DNA of 64,000 nucleotides from Paraspadella gotoi (taxonomy: Eukaryota; Animalia; Chaetognatha), in NCBI GenBank assembly GCA_051294375.1, contig CM119268.1, forward strand, positions 9,188,718 to 9,252,717, in the 5' to 3' direction. This document shows positions 14,949 through 29,200 of this stretch, in pieces. Positions within the stretch are counted from its first letter, which is position 1. Every line of letters starts with the position of its first letter. The notes beneath the pieces were generated by a model. It was not told where the DNA came from, searched no databases, and saw only the letters and a program-made list of their open reading frames with translations. A program made the translations under genes and the position numbers.

Positions 14949-16482
14949 CTTTACTCTCTCTTTTCTCTCTTGCTTCTCCCTCTTGTATATTTTCTTCCTA
15001 TCTTTTTCTCTCCTAAATGTAACATTTTGTCATTAAACTCAAGCTTTTTTATGTTCCTAATCTGTAAACATGTTTCATTATATCATAAACTAAAACATAC
15101 AATTTTTTTTTCTATAACATATTCAACCTTTATATGTATAACAATTTCTTTTTTAATACTATTATACAAAATAAAAAAATATAATCTCAGTTATGGTGTT
15201 TTGTTACTTTCGTTTTCCTGTTCATTTATGGGTGATCAAAAGAACAACACCACCTGCATGAACTCCAAGAACTATCATTCTATTTTCTTATCATCATGGT
15301 GGATGTCTTAGGAATCATCTTAGAATACCCAGGCGAGCCGCCACATTTTAATTTTTAATGGGAACAGCATTAAACAATCATTATTCTAATTCACTACTTG
15401 GTGTTAGAACTATTTTTTTATTAGAATTTCCTTGATTCATTTTTTTTCTGTCAATTTTTTTAAAAAATTTCTTTCTTAGAGAAGAAAAGAAAATCATTGA
15501 CAAATTTTTGGGTTAATAAATAATTTTAAAATGATTAAAGATGAAGCAACTGGGCTGGAAAAATAGGCAAGATGAGGACCACTATCGCTGTTTTTGTATG
15601 GGCTGTTTGTTTCAGTGGCTCTAACCATGCTGGTAACAGGGCGCTGGTCTCAACAGAATGGAACTAACTACATTACTCGCAGCACATGAAAACTGTTGCT
15701 AGACCCCGATTTTTTTAAAATTTGATAATGTAGGTAATCAATGAAATTAATAGAATTAAATAATTAAATCGTTTAGCGTGACTGAAGAATATTTTTGCAT
15801 TCCTGGAGTTTGGAAATGAAGAGCAAGGTTTTTTCTTATAAATTAATGGGAAAAAAGAAAAGCGAATGGAAAAGAACCGGTACAGAGGATAATCTTCTTG
15901 GAAAGAAAAAATTAAAACGGAATGCAGATATCATATTTTTTTATATTGACATTATTGTTATTATTATTAAATTTTTTAGGTAATGATTATGTTATATGGT
16001 TAAAAGGTAAGTTAAGGTTCATTGAGTTCGGTCTGGGTGCGGATCGCCGGGAGCCTCCTCTTATATAATCAAGATATTTGTTTTCCTCTCAATTTTAAAA
16101 ACACAAAGAAACGCAAGTTTATTATAATTTTATTATAAATTTTTTAATTGTATACTATTATTTAAAATTTATTTATTAGTGATTTTTCTTAATTTTATTA
16201 AGTATTGAATATTTGACAGCACAAAAATATTCAGTTAATTAGGATTAAGGCTAAAACTATCTCTCTCTCTCTCTCTCTCTCTCTACTCTATTTTCAACTC
16301 GTTCCGATCGTGGCTTTGTTGTTTATGTTATTTCCTCTTTCTTTTCATCTTTTCCCTTCAATTTTCCTTTTTTTCCCCTTTTTTTCGAATAATTTTCTCT
16401 GTTTTTCTTTGAAAAAAAAATTACGTCGCAAAGAAAAATCGTAAAACGATTTCCGTTTCGAACAAAACGACTTTGTAGTCGC

Positions 16483-16603
<121 letters not shown>

Positions 16604-17016
16604 AGATAAAGACTGTCGGAAAACTAATAAAATTTCGTCTGAAACACGTGTTATTAGGTTCTATTTATAAAACTAGAAAAATTCAACGCAGAAGATTCGC
16701 AAAGGAAAATCACCAAATCTTTAACCACAAAAAAAAAATAACCGAAAAAAAAGAAGAGAAAAAATAAAAGAAAAGAAAAGAAAAGAAAAGGAATGAAAAA
16801 AAAACGAAGGGAAATCGAGCGGGACATTCGTTTTTAGCGGTTCGAGGGGAAAATGGAAACAGACGCCATTGAAAACACTCCGCGCTGCTTTCCTTTCTTT
16901 TGTATTTCAATCGTTCTCCCGGTAGGGGAGCTGTCGTCGTTTTTAGCGTCGTCGTCGTCGTTGCTGTTGTAGTCTGGTTAGAAGTTTCCTCTCTGTGGTT
17001 TGAGTATTCTTGGTGT

Positions 17017-17053
<37 letters not shown>

Positions 17054-17341
17054 AAAACGCGCGCCTTTTTTTAATTCTCATTCGAAAGCGTGAGATGGCG
17101 TCTCTTAGATTTTATTTCGAAAAGACGTCAGCCTCAATTTTAATGAGCGTCATTTTTTTTTTCTATTTCTGATAACGCTCTCTCTCGCTCTCTCTCTCTC
17201 TTTCTCTCTCGATTTTCTTCTACTTTAAAACCTATCTCTATCTCACTCTTTTTTTTTCCTCGCAAAAATCTCAAATGTTCGCCTCATTTCCTGCTTCCGC
17301 TTTTCCAAAAATACCTTTTTTACTGACGTTTCTGGTCATTT

Positions 17342-17465
<124 letters not shown>

Positions 17466-17664
17466 GTTTATGTGTCCCAGGGTCGCCGATGGTTAAACAC
17501 AACTCTTCCTTCTGATTATGACTCTCTTTATATTTTGAATATTCAGTCGAAATCCGCAGTAAAGGTGAGCTCAATCTAATTGAGGGTTGAGAGAAAACGA
17601 GGAGCGATTTACGGCACTATCTGCCGAAATCCCCCATTTATGTTGCTAATTACTGAACCACTCA

Positions 17665-17748
17665 TCCTCAACCCTAATCTCTAACCCAAACCCCAATCCC
17701 TTACCTAATACTAATCCCTAACCCTTAATCTAATACTTAAACCTAAAA
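17665..17748. repeat. Degenerate interstitial (CCCTAA)n-like tract; similar one at ~32330-32435
   Basis: CCTAATCTCTAACCCAAACCCCAATCCCTTACCTAATACTAATCCCTAACCC. Confidence 0.55.
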
Positions 17749-18918
17749 ACAAATTTAATTCTAAATTTAAGCAGTAATAGGTCGCTCTCCGAAAAGATGG
17801 CCCGATTTAATTCGTGGTTCGACGTTGGCGGGATCGCTTCGAGAGTCACAACAAAAACAACCAATTGAACGATAACAACAACAACAACAACTCGAGTTCT
17901 CATTTCGAAAAAAAAAAAGAAAAGAAGAAAATCTTTTCGATTTCATCTCATCCTCTTCTTCCTCTTCTTCCTCTTCTTCCTTTTCTTCCTCCTTCTCTTC
18001 CTCATCCTGTTTCACCACAACAATGACTATTAAAACAACAACAACAACCAAGGTTTAATCACGTTCAGATTTCAGTGAAAGTGATTCAAACTCATCGTTA
18101 TGAAGGGCAGACAAGGCCTTTGGCCATTGGCCAGGCCAACAACGCCGGGAAAACCTATCGTCATTTAATGAGCGTTTAGTCTGACTTAGTATAACCAAAA
18201 AAAAGTTATCAATTCATTTATTAAATAAGCTATCTGGCCCATGGACAGGCTTTGGTGTTTTAAGGCCTCCCTCACTCTTACAAGATAATGTCATGTCATG
18301 TCATGTCCCTGCAAGCTTTCAATCAAGACTCTCTCACAGTCTCGTTTATTCACTCCCAGAGTACCTGGCTTCCCTATAAATAAAGCTGTATAATATTTCA
18401 AAAAATGTTTCAATTTTATAAGGGTCCACTCCCTTATAATTCTTCCTCCAAGTAACTCCCAACCCTATCGAAACAACTCCCCCCCCCCACGCACCCATAA
18501 CGACAACAACGACGACGACGACTGAAACGACACAACAAAACTTTTTCCCTACGAATTCGCGACGAAACAAATTTGGAGGAAATTCGGTTGAATCGAAGTC
18601 GTCAATCCAATTTCCCTCCTAACTTTTTTTTCAAAACAAAAGGGAAACAAAAATAAGGCAGAGAGAGAAAAAATATGTGTTTTGTTTTAATTTTTTTTTT
18701 TTTTTTTGGTTGTTACCAATACGAAAAAATTTTACTCTAGATGTGACGAAACTCTTACATATATTGAAACCGTCCAAAAAATGTTACATAACATTTCGTT
18801 GATACGGAAGCCAAGTACTTCGTGACTCGGGACTAAATTATCAGAAAGTCTTGATAGAAAGCTTCTAGCTATGTTCTTGCTATGTTATTATTTTGTAAGA
18901 GGGATGGAGGTCTTATTC

Positions 18919-19184
18919 CATCATAGCCTGTCCAAATTTTTTTTTGGATCGGGCTGTACGACAATGCTTAAGGTGGGCTTGAACCCCGGACCATTAGATG
19001 CGAATTGTCTTCGGTTCCAAGAATCTATTTGAGCGATGTTGGATTTTAGGCCTTCACAAATTGTTATATGGGTTGAATCAAATTATTTACATTTATTTAT
19101 TTATTTTAGACAAAATTCCCCTTTACAATGAGTGCAAACAGAGACCCGTGATCTTTCAGTTCCTCATTTATGCACGCCGCAGCC

Positions 19185-19217
<33 letters not shown>

Positions 19218-19360
19218 CCTTTCTTCATTTTCATTCCGAGTAAAAAAAAAGAAGAAAAAGTGAATATATTCTTTTCATTCTGACAGATGATCATGACAGC
19301 GGGGAGTTATAAATAGATTTATTGGATCACGTTCTTTCTTTTTCCCCCTTCCGCGAGAGC

Positions 19361-19445
<85 letters not shown>

Positions 19446-20275
19446 AATCTTTTACCCTGGGATGAAGAAATGACCTGGATAGTGGATATATCTTGGCTTT
19501 ACATGCCTGTGAAGTCTGACAATTTATTTAAAATTTTGCAGTACTGTATGGAGTTTTCATGAAAATGGCATGCAGTACATATTACGTACAATAGCAATAA
19601 TAGTACTCACTTGATAATAATATTTAGAAATTAATTTATCTTAAATACAAAAAATATTTAGAAAATTAACATTCTTAAGTCATTCCACGCTTTTAGAATA
19701 TATAACAACGATTTCTTTCGTGTCGTACGAGTCTGGGCGCGGGATATCGGGATATCCCTGAATCATAAAATAAAAAGAAGGAAGATATCAACGTCAATTT
19801 CCTACGGAGAAGCGAAAAGGAAAAACTTGAGCTCATCGCGTCAGATGAGAAGGCGAAAGGAAGCGGAGAAGGGGGGGGTAGAGGGTAAGTCGTGGTAAGG
19901 GCGAGGTAGGGATGGAAAGGGGGACGGGGAACAGAATGAGAATGTGTCAAAGATTTTTTCTCCTTTTTTTTTCAGGAGGCTAGTTGAGCGAAGAGGCGTT
20001 GACTGACTGACTTACGAACGGACGAACTGATCGACTGACCGACAAGATAGACCGACATTTAACGATCGATGTACCAAATTAAATGAGATGGAACAAGTAG
20101 TAGGTAACTTAAAAAGTCGAACCTGTTAACCCGGTAAACCTTCGAAGTCGGACCCAAGTATACAACGATTAAACATCTTGGGCTTGGTCGCATATCGTTG
20201 CTAACAATTCTCATGTCGTTGGATGCCAGATTAGAGAGAGAGAGAGAGAGAGAGGAGGAGAGAGAGAGAGAAGAG

Positions 20276-20314
<39 letters not shown>

Positions 20315-20456
20315 AAGAGAAAGAGAGAGAGAGGACCAGCGGATATGTAAATGAGGTTTTCATAACCTCTTAAATCCTCCCTTCCAAGCACTAATGGGCC
20401 TAAGAAGAAGGGGGCATGCCATAGGCGAAAGAGGAAGGAAACTAGCGATTCTCTCT

Positions 20457-20517
<61 letters not shown>

Positions 20518-23192
20518 TCTCTTCTCTTCTGAACCTGCTTCTAATTTCTTGTGAAAAAATATATCGGGTCCCGAATTCATGTTTCTTTTTTCTGATCCGT
20601 AAACGCCGGTGCCGCTCATGACGATGCCGCTCATGCCGATGCCGCTCATGCCGGTGCGCTCATGCGATGCCGCTCAATGCCGGTGCCGCTCATGCCGGTG
20701 CCGCTCATTCCCGGTGCCGCTCATTCCGGTGCCGCTCATTCCGGTGCCGCTCATGCCGTTGCCGCTCATGCCCATGCCGCTCATGCCGGTGGCGGCCCGT
20801 TGCCGATACATTCGCCGACGCCGTTCCGCCTCGACCGTATTTCCGGTTATTAATACCCAATTTGAAAAATTCTTCTTCATCGCGAGACTAACGAGGGACG
20901 AGGGACGCTAATCATGTTACTCTCTTGATTTCAAAGCATCGCGCCACGCTTTACCCCCCGCCCCCTACCTGCCCCCCCCTCCACTCTTGCCCGTGAAAAG
21001 AAAAAAAAAGTAGTCTTCGCTCAACGAGATGCTCAAGATTCAAAATTCAAAATTCAAAAAAAAAAAAAAAATCATTTTCCTACTGATGATGATTCGAGAA
21101 CGAACGCTCTTTGAATGGTTTTCGGATTTCGATCAAATGAATTTTTAAAAAAATAAATGAATGAATTAACGAGCGATGAATTTCAAGCACATTCGTGAGC
21201 TCGTCGGCGTCGCGCGTGAAATACCATCGTTGAGATTTGAGAATATATAACGTATAAAAGGGGGGGGAATCAATTATTCAGCCTCTTTAATTAATTTTTT
21301 TTTTTAATGCGCTTGATGAAGTCTATCCGTTTCTCGACGTTTTTTTTTTCCAATCGCCGACCGTCCCGACGGACCTGGCGTCTGGCACAGTGGATGGTCC
21401 CGTTAATAATTAGAGGCACAGTATTCTTTCGTACGAATTCTCGTCTTGAATCCAACAGCTCTGCAGTCGACACGTTAATTAGCGTTTGTTTTATTAAAAC
21501 CACCAATTCATTCATTCATTTGTTTATTCATTAATGACCCTAATTTGGTTCGATCGATTCGGCACCGACCGTATCCCATATCCCTTTTTCAAAAAATAGG
21601 CACAGTGATCCATCCACGCAACGACGCATCAACTCTTGTTCGTTTAACTGAAGCCTTTGCTCCTTCACTTTCTAATCGCCTCTCCGTCCCCCGGGCCTTT
21701 CGATGCGACGCAGTGGTACGAGTCCCTTCATAAGCTCTCGGCGGCATGGAGCCAACGAGTGAGGGAGGGCGACGAGACGATGACGACGAGACGACGACGA
21801 CGATGTAACAATAACGTAGTGACGAGAAAACAATAAGGGAGATAAGGAGATGCTGACCGGCATGACGATATATCGCAACTGCATCGTAAAACCTTACCTT
21901 TTGAATATAAGTTGATGTTTAGCCCGGAGACCATCTGTCCACACTCCACAGTCTATGGTCCATATTTTTCAAGTTCTCATCAGTGCAAAAAACAAATTGA
22001 ATAACATACGATGTTGTTGTAAAGTCTACTAAAGAAAGAAAATTTTTTCGTTCGCACTGTACTAAGAATAAAAATGAAATAGTACGAAATTATTTTGTAT
22101 TTATATGTGAGGATATAAAGGAAATAATTTTTTTTCTAGAAACTAATAGACTTGGTCTCAGCTGCAGAAGACGATGACGACGATGACGACGATGAAGACG
22201 ATGAAGACGATGATGACGACAAAAGACCACGATATAGTCTTTAGACTCTAAAAGCGGAAATCAAAGGACGGAAGCGGCGACGACGACGACGACGACGAAC
22301 GAAACGACGACGACGAGAGGAACTTTTCTTTGGTTTCAGCATGCGCGAAAAGTGGCGCCCACGAGCTAATCGAGAAACCAAACCAGACAGAGAACCTACA
22401 CGAGAACCCACGCGGCAAGATTAGAAAAGAGGGAGGGGGGCTTTCATCCAAAATCAAATTTCAAATNNNNNNNNNNNNNNNNNNNNNNNNNACATTCGCC
22501 GACGCCGTTTCCGCCTCGACCGTATTTCCGGTTATTTAATACCCAATTTGAAAAATTCTTCTTCATTGCGAGACTAACGAGGGACGAGGGACGCTAATCA
22601 TGTTACTCTCTTGATTTCAAAGCATCGCGCCACGCTTTNNNNNNNNNNNNNNNNNNNNNNNNNTGAATTTGAATTTTGAATCTTGAGCATCTCGTGAGCG
22701 AAGACCTACTTTTTTTTTCTTTTCACGGGCAAGAGTGGAGGGGGGGCAGGTAGGGGGGCGGGTAAAGCGTGGCGCGATGCTTTGAAATCAAGAGAGTAAC
22801 ATGATTAGCGTCCCTCGTCCCTCGTTAGTCTCGCGATGAAGAAGAATTTTTCAAATTTGGTATTAAATAACCGGAAATACGGTCGAGGCGGAAGCGGCGT
22901 CGGCGATGTATCGGCAACGGGCGCCACCGGCATGAGCGGCATCGGGCATGAGCGGCAACGGCATGAGCGGCACCGGAATGAGCGGCACCGGAATGAGCGG
23001 CACCGCGAATGAGCGGCACCGGCATGAGCGGCACCGGCATGAGCGGCATCGGCATGAGCGGCACCGGCATGAGCGGCATCGGCATGAGCGGCATCGTCAT
23101 GAGCGGCACCGGCGTTTACGGATCAGAAAAAAGAAACATGAATTCGGGACCCGAATATTTTTTCACAAGAAATTAGAAGCAGGTTCAGAAGA

Positions 23193-23266
<74 letters not shown>

Positions 23267-23393
23267 CGCTAGTTTCCTTCCTCTTCGCCTATGCATGCCC
23301 CTTCTTCTTAGGCCCATTAGTGCTTGGAAGGGGAGGATTTTAAGAGGTTATGAAACTCATTTACATATCGCTGGTCCTCTCTCTCTCTTTCTC

Positions 23394-23474
<81 letters not shown>

Positions 23475-24278
23475 AATCTGGCATCCAACGACATGAGATT
23501 GTGTAGCAACGATATGACCCAAGCCCAAGATGTTTAATCGTTGTATACTTGGGTCGACTTCGAAGGTTTACCGGGTTAAACAGGTTCGACTTTTAAGTTA
23601 CTACTACTTGTTCCATCTCATTTAATTTGGTACATCGATCGTTAAATGTCGGTCTATCTTGTCGGTCAGTCGATCAGTTCGTCCGTTCGTAAGTCAGTCA
23701 GTCAACGCCTCTTCGCTCAACTAGCCTCCTGAAAAAAAAAGACGAAAAAATCTTTGACACATTCTCATTCTGTTCCCCGCCCCCTTTCCATCCCTACTCG
23801 CCCTTACACGACTTACCCTCTACCCCCCCTTCTCCGCTTCCTTTCGCCTTCTCATCTGACGCGATGAGCTCAAGTTTTTCCTTTTCGCTTCTCCGTAGGA
23901 AATTGACGTTGATATCTTCCTTCTTTTTATTTTATGATTCAGGGATATCCCGATATCCCGCGCCCAACTCGTACGACACGAAAGAAATCGTTGTTATATA
24001 TTCTAAAAGCGTGGAATGATAAGAATGTTAATTTTCTAAATATTTTTTGTATTTAAGATAATTAATTTCTAAATAATTATTATCAGAGTGAGTACTATTA
24101 TTGCTATTTGTACGTAATATGTACTGCATGCCATTTTTCATGAAAACTCCATACAGTACTGCAAAATTTTAAATAAATTGTCAGACTTCACAGATGTTAA
24201 AGCAAGATATTATCACTATCCAGGTCATTTCTTCATCCTAGGGTAAAAGATTTACTCTCTCTCTCTCTCTCTCTTCTT

Positions 24279-24376
<98 letters not shown>

Positions 24377-24823
24377 GCTCTCGCGGAAGGGGGAAAAGAA
24401 AGAAACGTGATCCATAAATCTATATTATAAACTCCCGCGTGTCATGATCATCTGTGCAGAATGAAAAGAATATTATTCACTTTTTCTTCTTTTTTTTTAC
24501 TCCGGATGAAAATGAGAAAGGGCGGCGTCGGCGGCGTCGGCGGGCGGCGGCGTTCGGCTGCGGCTGTGCATAAATGAGGAACTGGAAAGATCACGGGTCT
24601 CTGTTTTGCACTCATGTAAAGGGATATTTTCGTCAAAATAAATAAATAAATGTAAATTATTTGATTCAACCCAATATAACAATTTGTGAAGGCCTAAAAT
24701 CAACATCGCTCAAATAGATTCTTGGTACCGAAGACAATTCGCATCTAATGGTCCGGGGTTCAAGCCCACCTTAAGCATTGTCGTACAGCCCGATCCAAAA
24801 AAAAATTTGGACAGGCTATGATG
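18919..24823. repeat. 2.1-kb inverted duplication (18919-21056 vs 22664-24823)
   Basis: Near-identical reverse-complement arms including microsatellites and the 15-bp minisatellite; N gaps between them. Confidence 0.92.
20605..20790. repeat. 15-bp minisatellite GCCGGTGCCGCTCAT, ~12 copies (inverted copy ~22925-23115)
   Basis: Direct observation of the tandem unit. Confidence 0.9.
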
Positions 24824-26150
24824 AAAAAAAAAAAAAATCATTTTCCTACTGATGATGATTCGAGAACGAACGCTCTTTGAATGGATTCGGATTTCGATCA
24901 AATGAATTTTTAAAAAATAAATGAATGAATTAACGAGCGATGAATTTCAAGCACATTCGTGAGCTCGTCGGCGTCGCGCGTGAAAATACCATCGTTGAGA
25001 TTTGAGAATATATAACGTATAAAAGGGGGGGGGGAATCAATTATTCAGCCTCTTTAATTAATTTTTTTTTTTAATGCGCTTGATGAAGTCTATCCGTTTC
25101 TCGACGTTTTTTTTTTCCAATCGCCGACCGTCCCGACGGACCTGGCGTCTGGCACAGTGGATGGTCCCGTTAATAATTAGAGGCACAGTATTCTTTCGTA
25201 CGAATTCTCGTCTTGAATCCAACAGCTCGTCAGTCGACACGTTAATTAGCGTTTGTTTTATTAAAACCACCCCATTCATTCATTCATTTGTTTATTCATT
25301 AATGACCCTAATTTGGTTCGATCGATTCGGCACCGACCGTATCCCATATCCCTTTTTCAAAAATAGGCACAGTGATCATCCACGCAACGACGCATCAACT
25401 CTTGTTCGTTTAACTGAAGCCTTTTGCTCCTTCACTTTCTAATCGCCTCTCCGTCCCCCGGGCCTTTCGATGCGACGCAGTGGTACGAGTCCCTTCATAA
25501 AGCCTCTCGGCGGCATGGAGCCAACGAGTGGGGGAGGGCGACGACGACGATGACGACGACGACGACGACAACGTAACAATAACGTAGTGACGAGAAAACA
25601 ATAAGGAGATAAGGAGATGCTGACCGGCATGACGATATATCGCAACTGCATCGTAAAACCTTACCTTTTTGAATATAAGTTGATGTTTAGCCCGGAGACC
25701 ACTGTCCACACTCCACAGTCTATGGTCCATATTTTTCAAGTCTTCATCAGTGCAAAAACAAATTGAATAACATACGATGTTGTTTGTAAAGTCTACTAAA
25801 GAAAGAAAATTTTTTCGTCCCACTGTACATAAGAATAAAAATGAAAATTAGTACGAAATTATTTTGTATTTATTATGTGAGGATATAAAGGAAATAATTT
25901 TTTTTCTAGAAACTAATAGACTTGGTCTCAGCTGCAGAAGACGATGACGACGATGACGACGATGAAGACGATGAAGACGATGATGACGACAAAAGACCAC
26001 GATATAGTCTTTAGACTCTAAAAGCGGAAATCAAGGACGGAAGCGGCGACGACGACGACGACGACGAAGACGACGACGACGACGAGGACTTTTCTTGGTT
26101 TCAGCATGCGCGAAAAGTGGCGCCCACGAGCTAATCGACCACGCAAGATT
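21057..26150. repeat. ~1.35-kb direct duplication (21057-~22420 vs 24824-~26150)
   Basis: Near-identical sequence with occasional 1-bp indels. Confidence 0.9.
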
Positions 26151-26166
26151 AAGAGGGTTTCAATTC

Positions 26167-26242
<76 letters not shown>

Positions 26243-29200
26243 GGTATTTCCAGGGCGACCGCGTCTCTCGACAAAAGGGGAGGGAAATAACGAGATGAAA
26301 AATTGAGTTAATCAAAGAAACCTCCCACCCTATTGCAGTCGGCGCCACATCACACGGGGATCGAAGGCACCTTTATCCAATTAACATCTGGAAAATCAGT
26401 GGGGAATTTGAAAAATAAAAATTCCAGATTATAATGTAATTTACTAGGAAAAAAAAACATACACTTTTACTTTTCAAGGTGGTTTTGAGTAAAAAGCTAA
26501 AATGACGTAAAGGGGGCAAACTTGATTAAATTCGATGCCTAACCCAGATTATAATTATTTTGAGTTTAGTAAATAATCCCAGCGCTAAGTCGATAAAATT
26601 CGTTATACTGAAGAAGACCGACTCGAGCGAGAAGAGAGTGAGAGAGAGAGAGAGAGAAAATGGATGGGACGATGAGTAAGACTTTTTAACTTCGGCGTTT
26701 AAGACCGTCCCATTTAACGCTTCTTTTTTGGGGGGGGGTCTTTAAAAGTCCCCATTCGCCAGGATTTTTCCCGAGGCTACAGACAACGAACGTAATTAAT
26801 TATCCCGATGCTTAATTCTTTTCATTCCTTACTTCCTTCATCAGTTCATGGTTTCCTTTTTTCTTCCTCCCTTTTTTGTCTTCCTCCCCTTCCTTTCTCG
26901 CCTCTCACCCTTGCTTTATTCCAGTTTCCTCGCCACGGCGTCTCCCTACAACCAAATCTTATTTCCCCATGTTTTTCTCCCTCTCTCTCTCTATTTCTCA
27001 TTATCTCGGTTCTCTCTCAAGACACGGAGATCTTTCATCTCTCTCTCATATCTCTTCTTTCTCAGAAGAGGAATTTTTGCCGACAGTTAAAGCCATAAGT
27101 TTTTACCCAATAATATGATCTAATATATGGTAAGTAATTTTACAACGAGAGCTAAGAACAGGAGGACAAAGTAAACAATGAAAACCAAACGTAAGAAAAG
27201 AAACATAAAATCAAAAGAAGAAAAAGCAACTTAAAAAATATATTCACAAAAAAAAAAAAGACATAAAATTACAAAATGTCTAAGAATGAAGAATAAGAAC
27301 ATAAGAAGCGGCATAAAAAAGCCGGTGGGCCGGTAGATCACGGGTCCGAACCAGAAGATAGACCGGGATGCGCGGGAGACGACTCGAGAGGAAGGATCAG
27401 AGGGAAGAAAGATCGGAGGTATCGACTCCTCTCGCATGTAAGTCCGAGAGAACGAGAGGCATGTCCACGATCGAGGTTGTTTAACAGACGGTGATCGTAG
27501 TTAAGATGTGCGAGAGAGGATTTATAAGAGGGATTGATTTTATTATAGGGAGGAGAAATTAGAGATTATGTCCGGTAACTATGATCGCTCTCAGCACTCA
27601 CACGCAACATTTCAAAAAACTTTTAGAAAGTAGTGGAGTAATTGAAAAACACTCATTTCGACTCCTCTGTAACTCCTATCGAATAATCTTTCTTTGCTCT
27701 CTCACATATACTCATCTTACTGGTTTTCTATTAATATTCTGTCTCTTGTCCTTCCCCATCTTTCGTTTGGCTCACACTATTCGTCATATACAATCCTACT
27801 AGTATGTACCTATCGACCTTATTTAGTTACCCATCCTTCTCGCAGTTATATAACATCCTCATTGCTGCAATTTTTAGCTTCAGTTTGTCCCAATATTCTC
27901 CCAGTTCCAACTATAGATCGATGTAGAGCTCATCGTATCAGTATGAGAATGATGAGAGCAAGATGAGAGAAGGAGAGAGAGAGAGAGAGAGAGGAGAGAT
28001 GAGAGAGACGGGTGGAAACAATCATAAATTAAATAAGCTTCGACGATGCCGCAAACACACAGACACATATACACTCTCGCAAAATGAGGGATATTAAACA
28101 AAAAAATGGGGAAGAAATTTTTCAATTTTCCTCAAAAAAGTGAAACCGTTCGGCCCATACGAAAAATGACACACGAAGCTTCTACCTAAAGTTTTATGCA
28201 TTTTAATTAAATGTCTTTATAATTATAAATAAATATTAAGGATTTATAAAAGAAAATTAATTCATTTAATTCTTTAATAAACAAAATTCTTTAAATTTAA
28301 ATATAAAAATATCATGAATTTTTTGGAATTTATCTTAATCTTTTTAAAAATAAATAATCTTTAATCATTTAAAAATAATATAAAAAAATAATAAAAAGTA
28401 TCCAAATATGATTTCAGATATAATTTTAATAAAAAAAATGATAGTTTAACTGGTAAACACCAACCAAAACCGACAACCAATAAGTACCTCTATGGTGATA
28501 GCATCGACGCATTCCACGAAGCGTCCTATTTCTTCGAGAGAATAAAAAGAGAGAGAGTGGAGAGAGAGAAATAGCCAGCGTTTTTCGTTTACCCTAATTC
28601 GAGTCAAAAGAGGTTTCTGCAAAAAGAACGAACCTCGGGAATTCACCTGTGAGGGTGGAGAGGGTGGGGGGGGCGGTTGGGGGGGAGAGGATTGGTGGAG
28701 TTGAGACTCCGATGATTGGGTGAGAATCGGGGGGTGTCTGAAAAATGTCAAGTGCACGGAATTGTTTGTTAAGCTGGTTGTGAATGTGAAGAAGAGGACG
28801 TAGAGAATACATTCCATGAATCAAGCTAGAAAAAATCATAATAATTGCACTAAGATAGAATAAACCAAGTTAACTAAAACTGAAGAAAAGTATACAAGAA
28901 ATGACAGCAATAAAAAGATGGTTTAATTTATCATTAATTTAATTTATTTAATTTATATAGAAACAAATTTAATATAGAATTAGTTTTTTTAAAAAGGTTT
29001 TTTTTTTATAATGTAACCATGTGAAGAATTCTATCATTTTATTACGCATCCGTCAAAGCGAGTTAAGTGCAAGAAAGTTAGTGGGGGTGGTTGACGCGAG
29101 AGGTGTTGGGCGCGTCAAGATGTTCGCGGATGAAATTATGGAGTTGAGGGTTGTGGAGGGATGGTCCCAGTGGGAGGGGGCGATGTGGTACTAACTGCGA

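Noticed and set aside
15228-15311. MGDQK start matching the CH gene first exon
   Set aside because: Similarity is limited to 15 nt and does not extend; probably chance.
17665-17748. True telomere or chromosome-breakage site
   Set aside because: Short, highly degenerate and internal; more likely part of a dispersed repeat.
20609-20911. MPLMP and RHERH repeat proteins
   Set aside because: ORFs arise in all frames of a 15-bp minisatellite, and the two copies disagree in frame.
24705-24775. Functional tRNA gene (GGGGTTCAAGCCC; inverted copy near 18975)
   Set aside because: Only a B-box-like motif with no complete cloverleaf; at most a SINE remnant.
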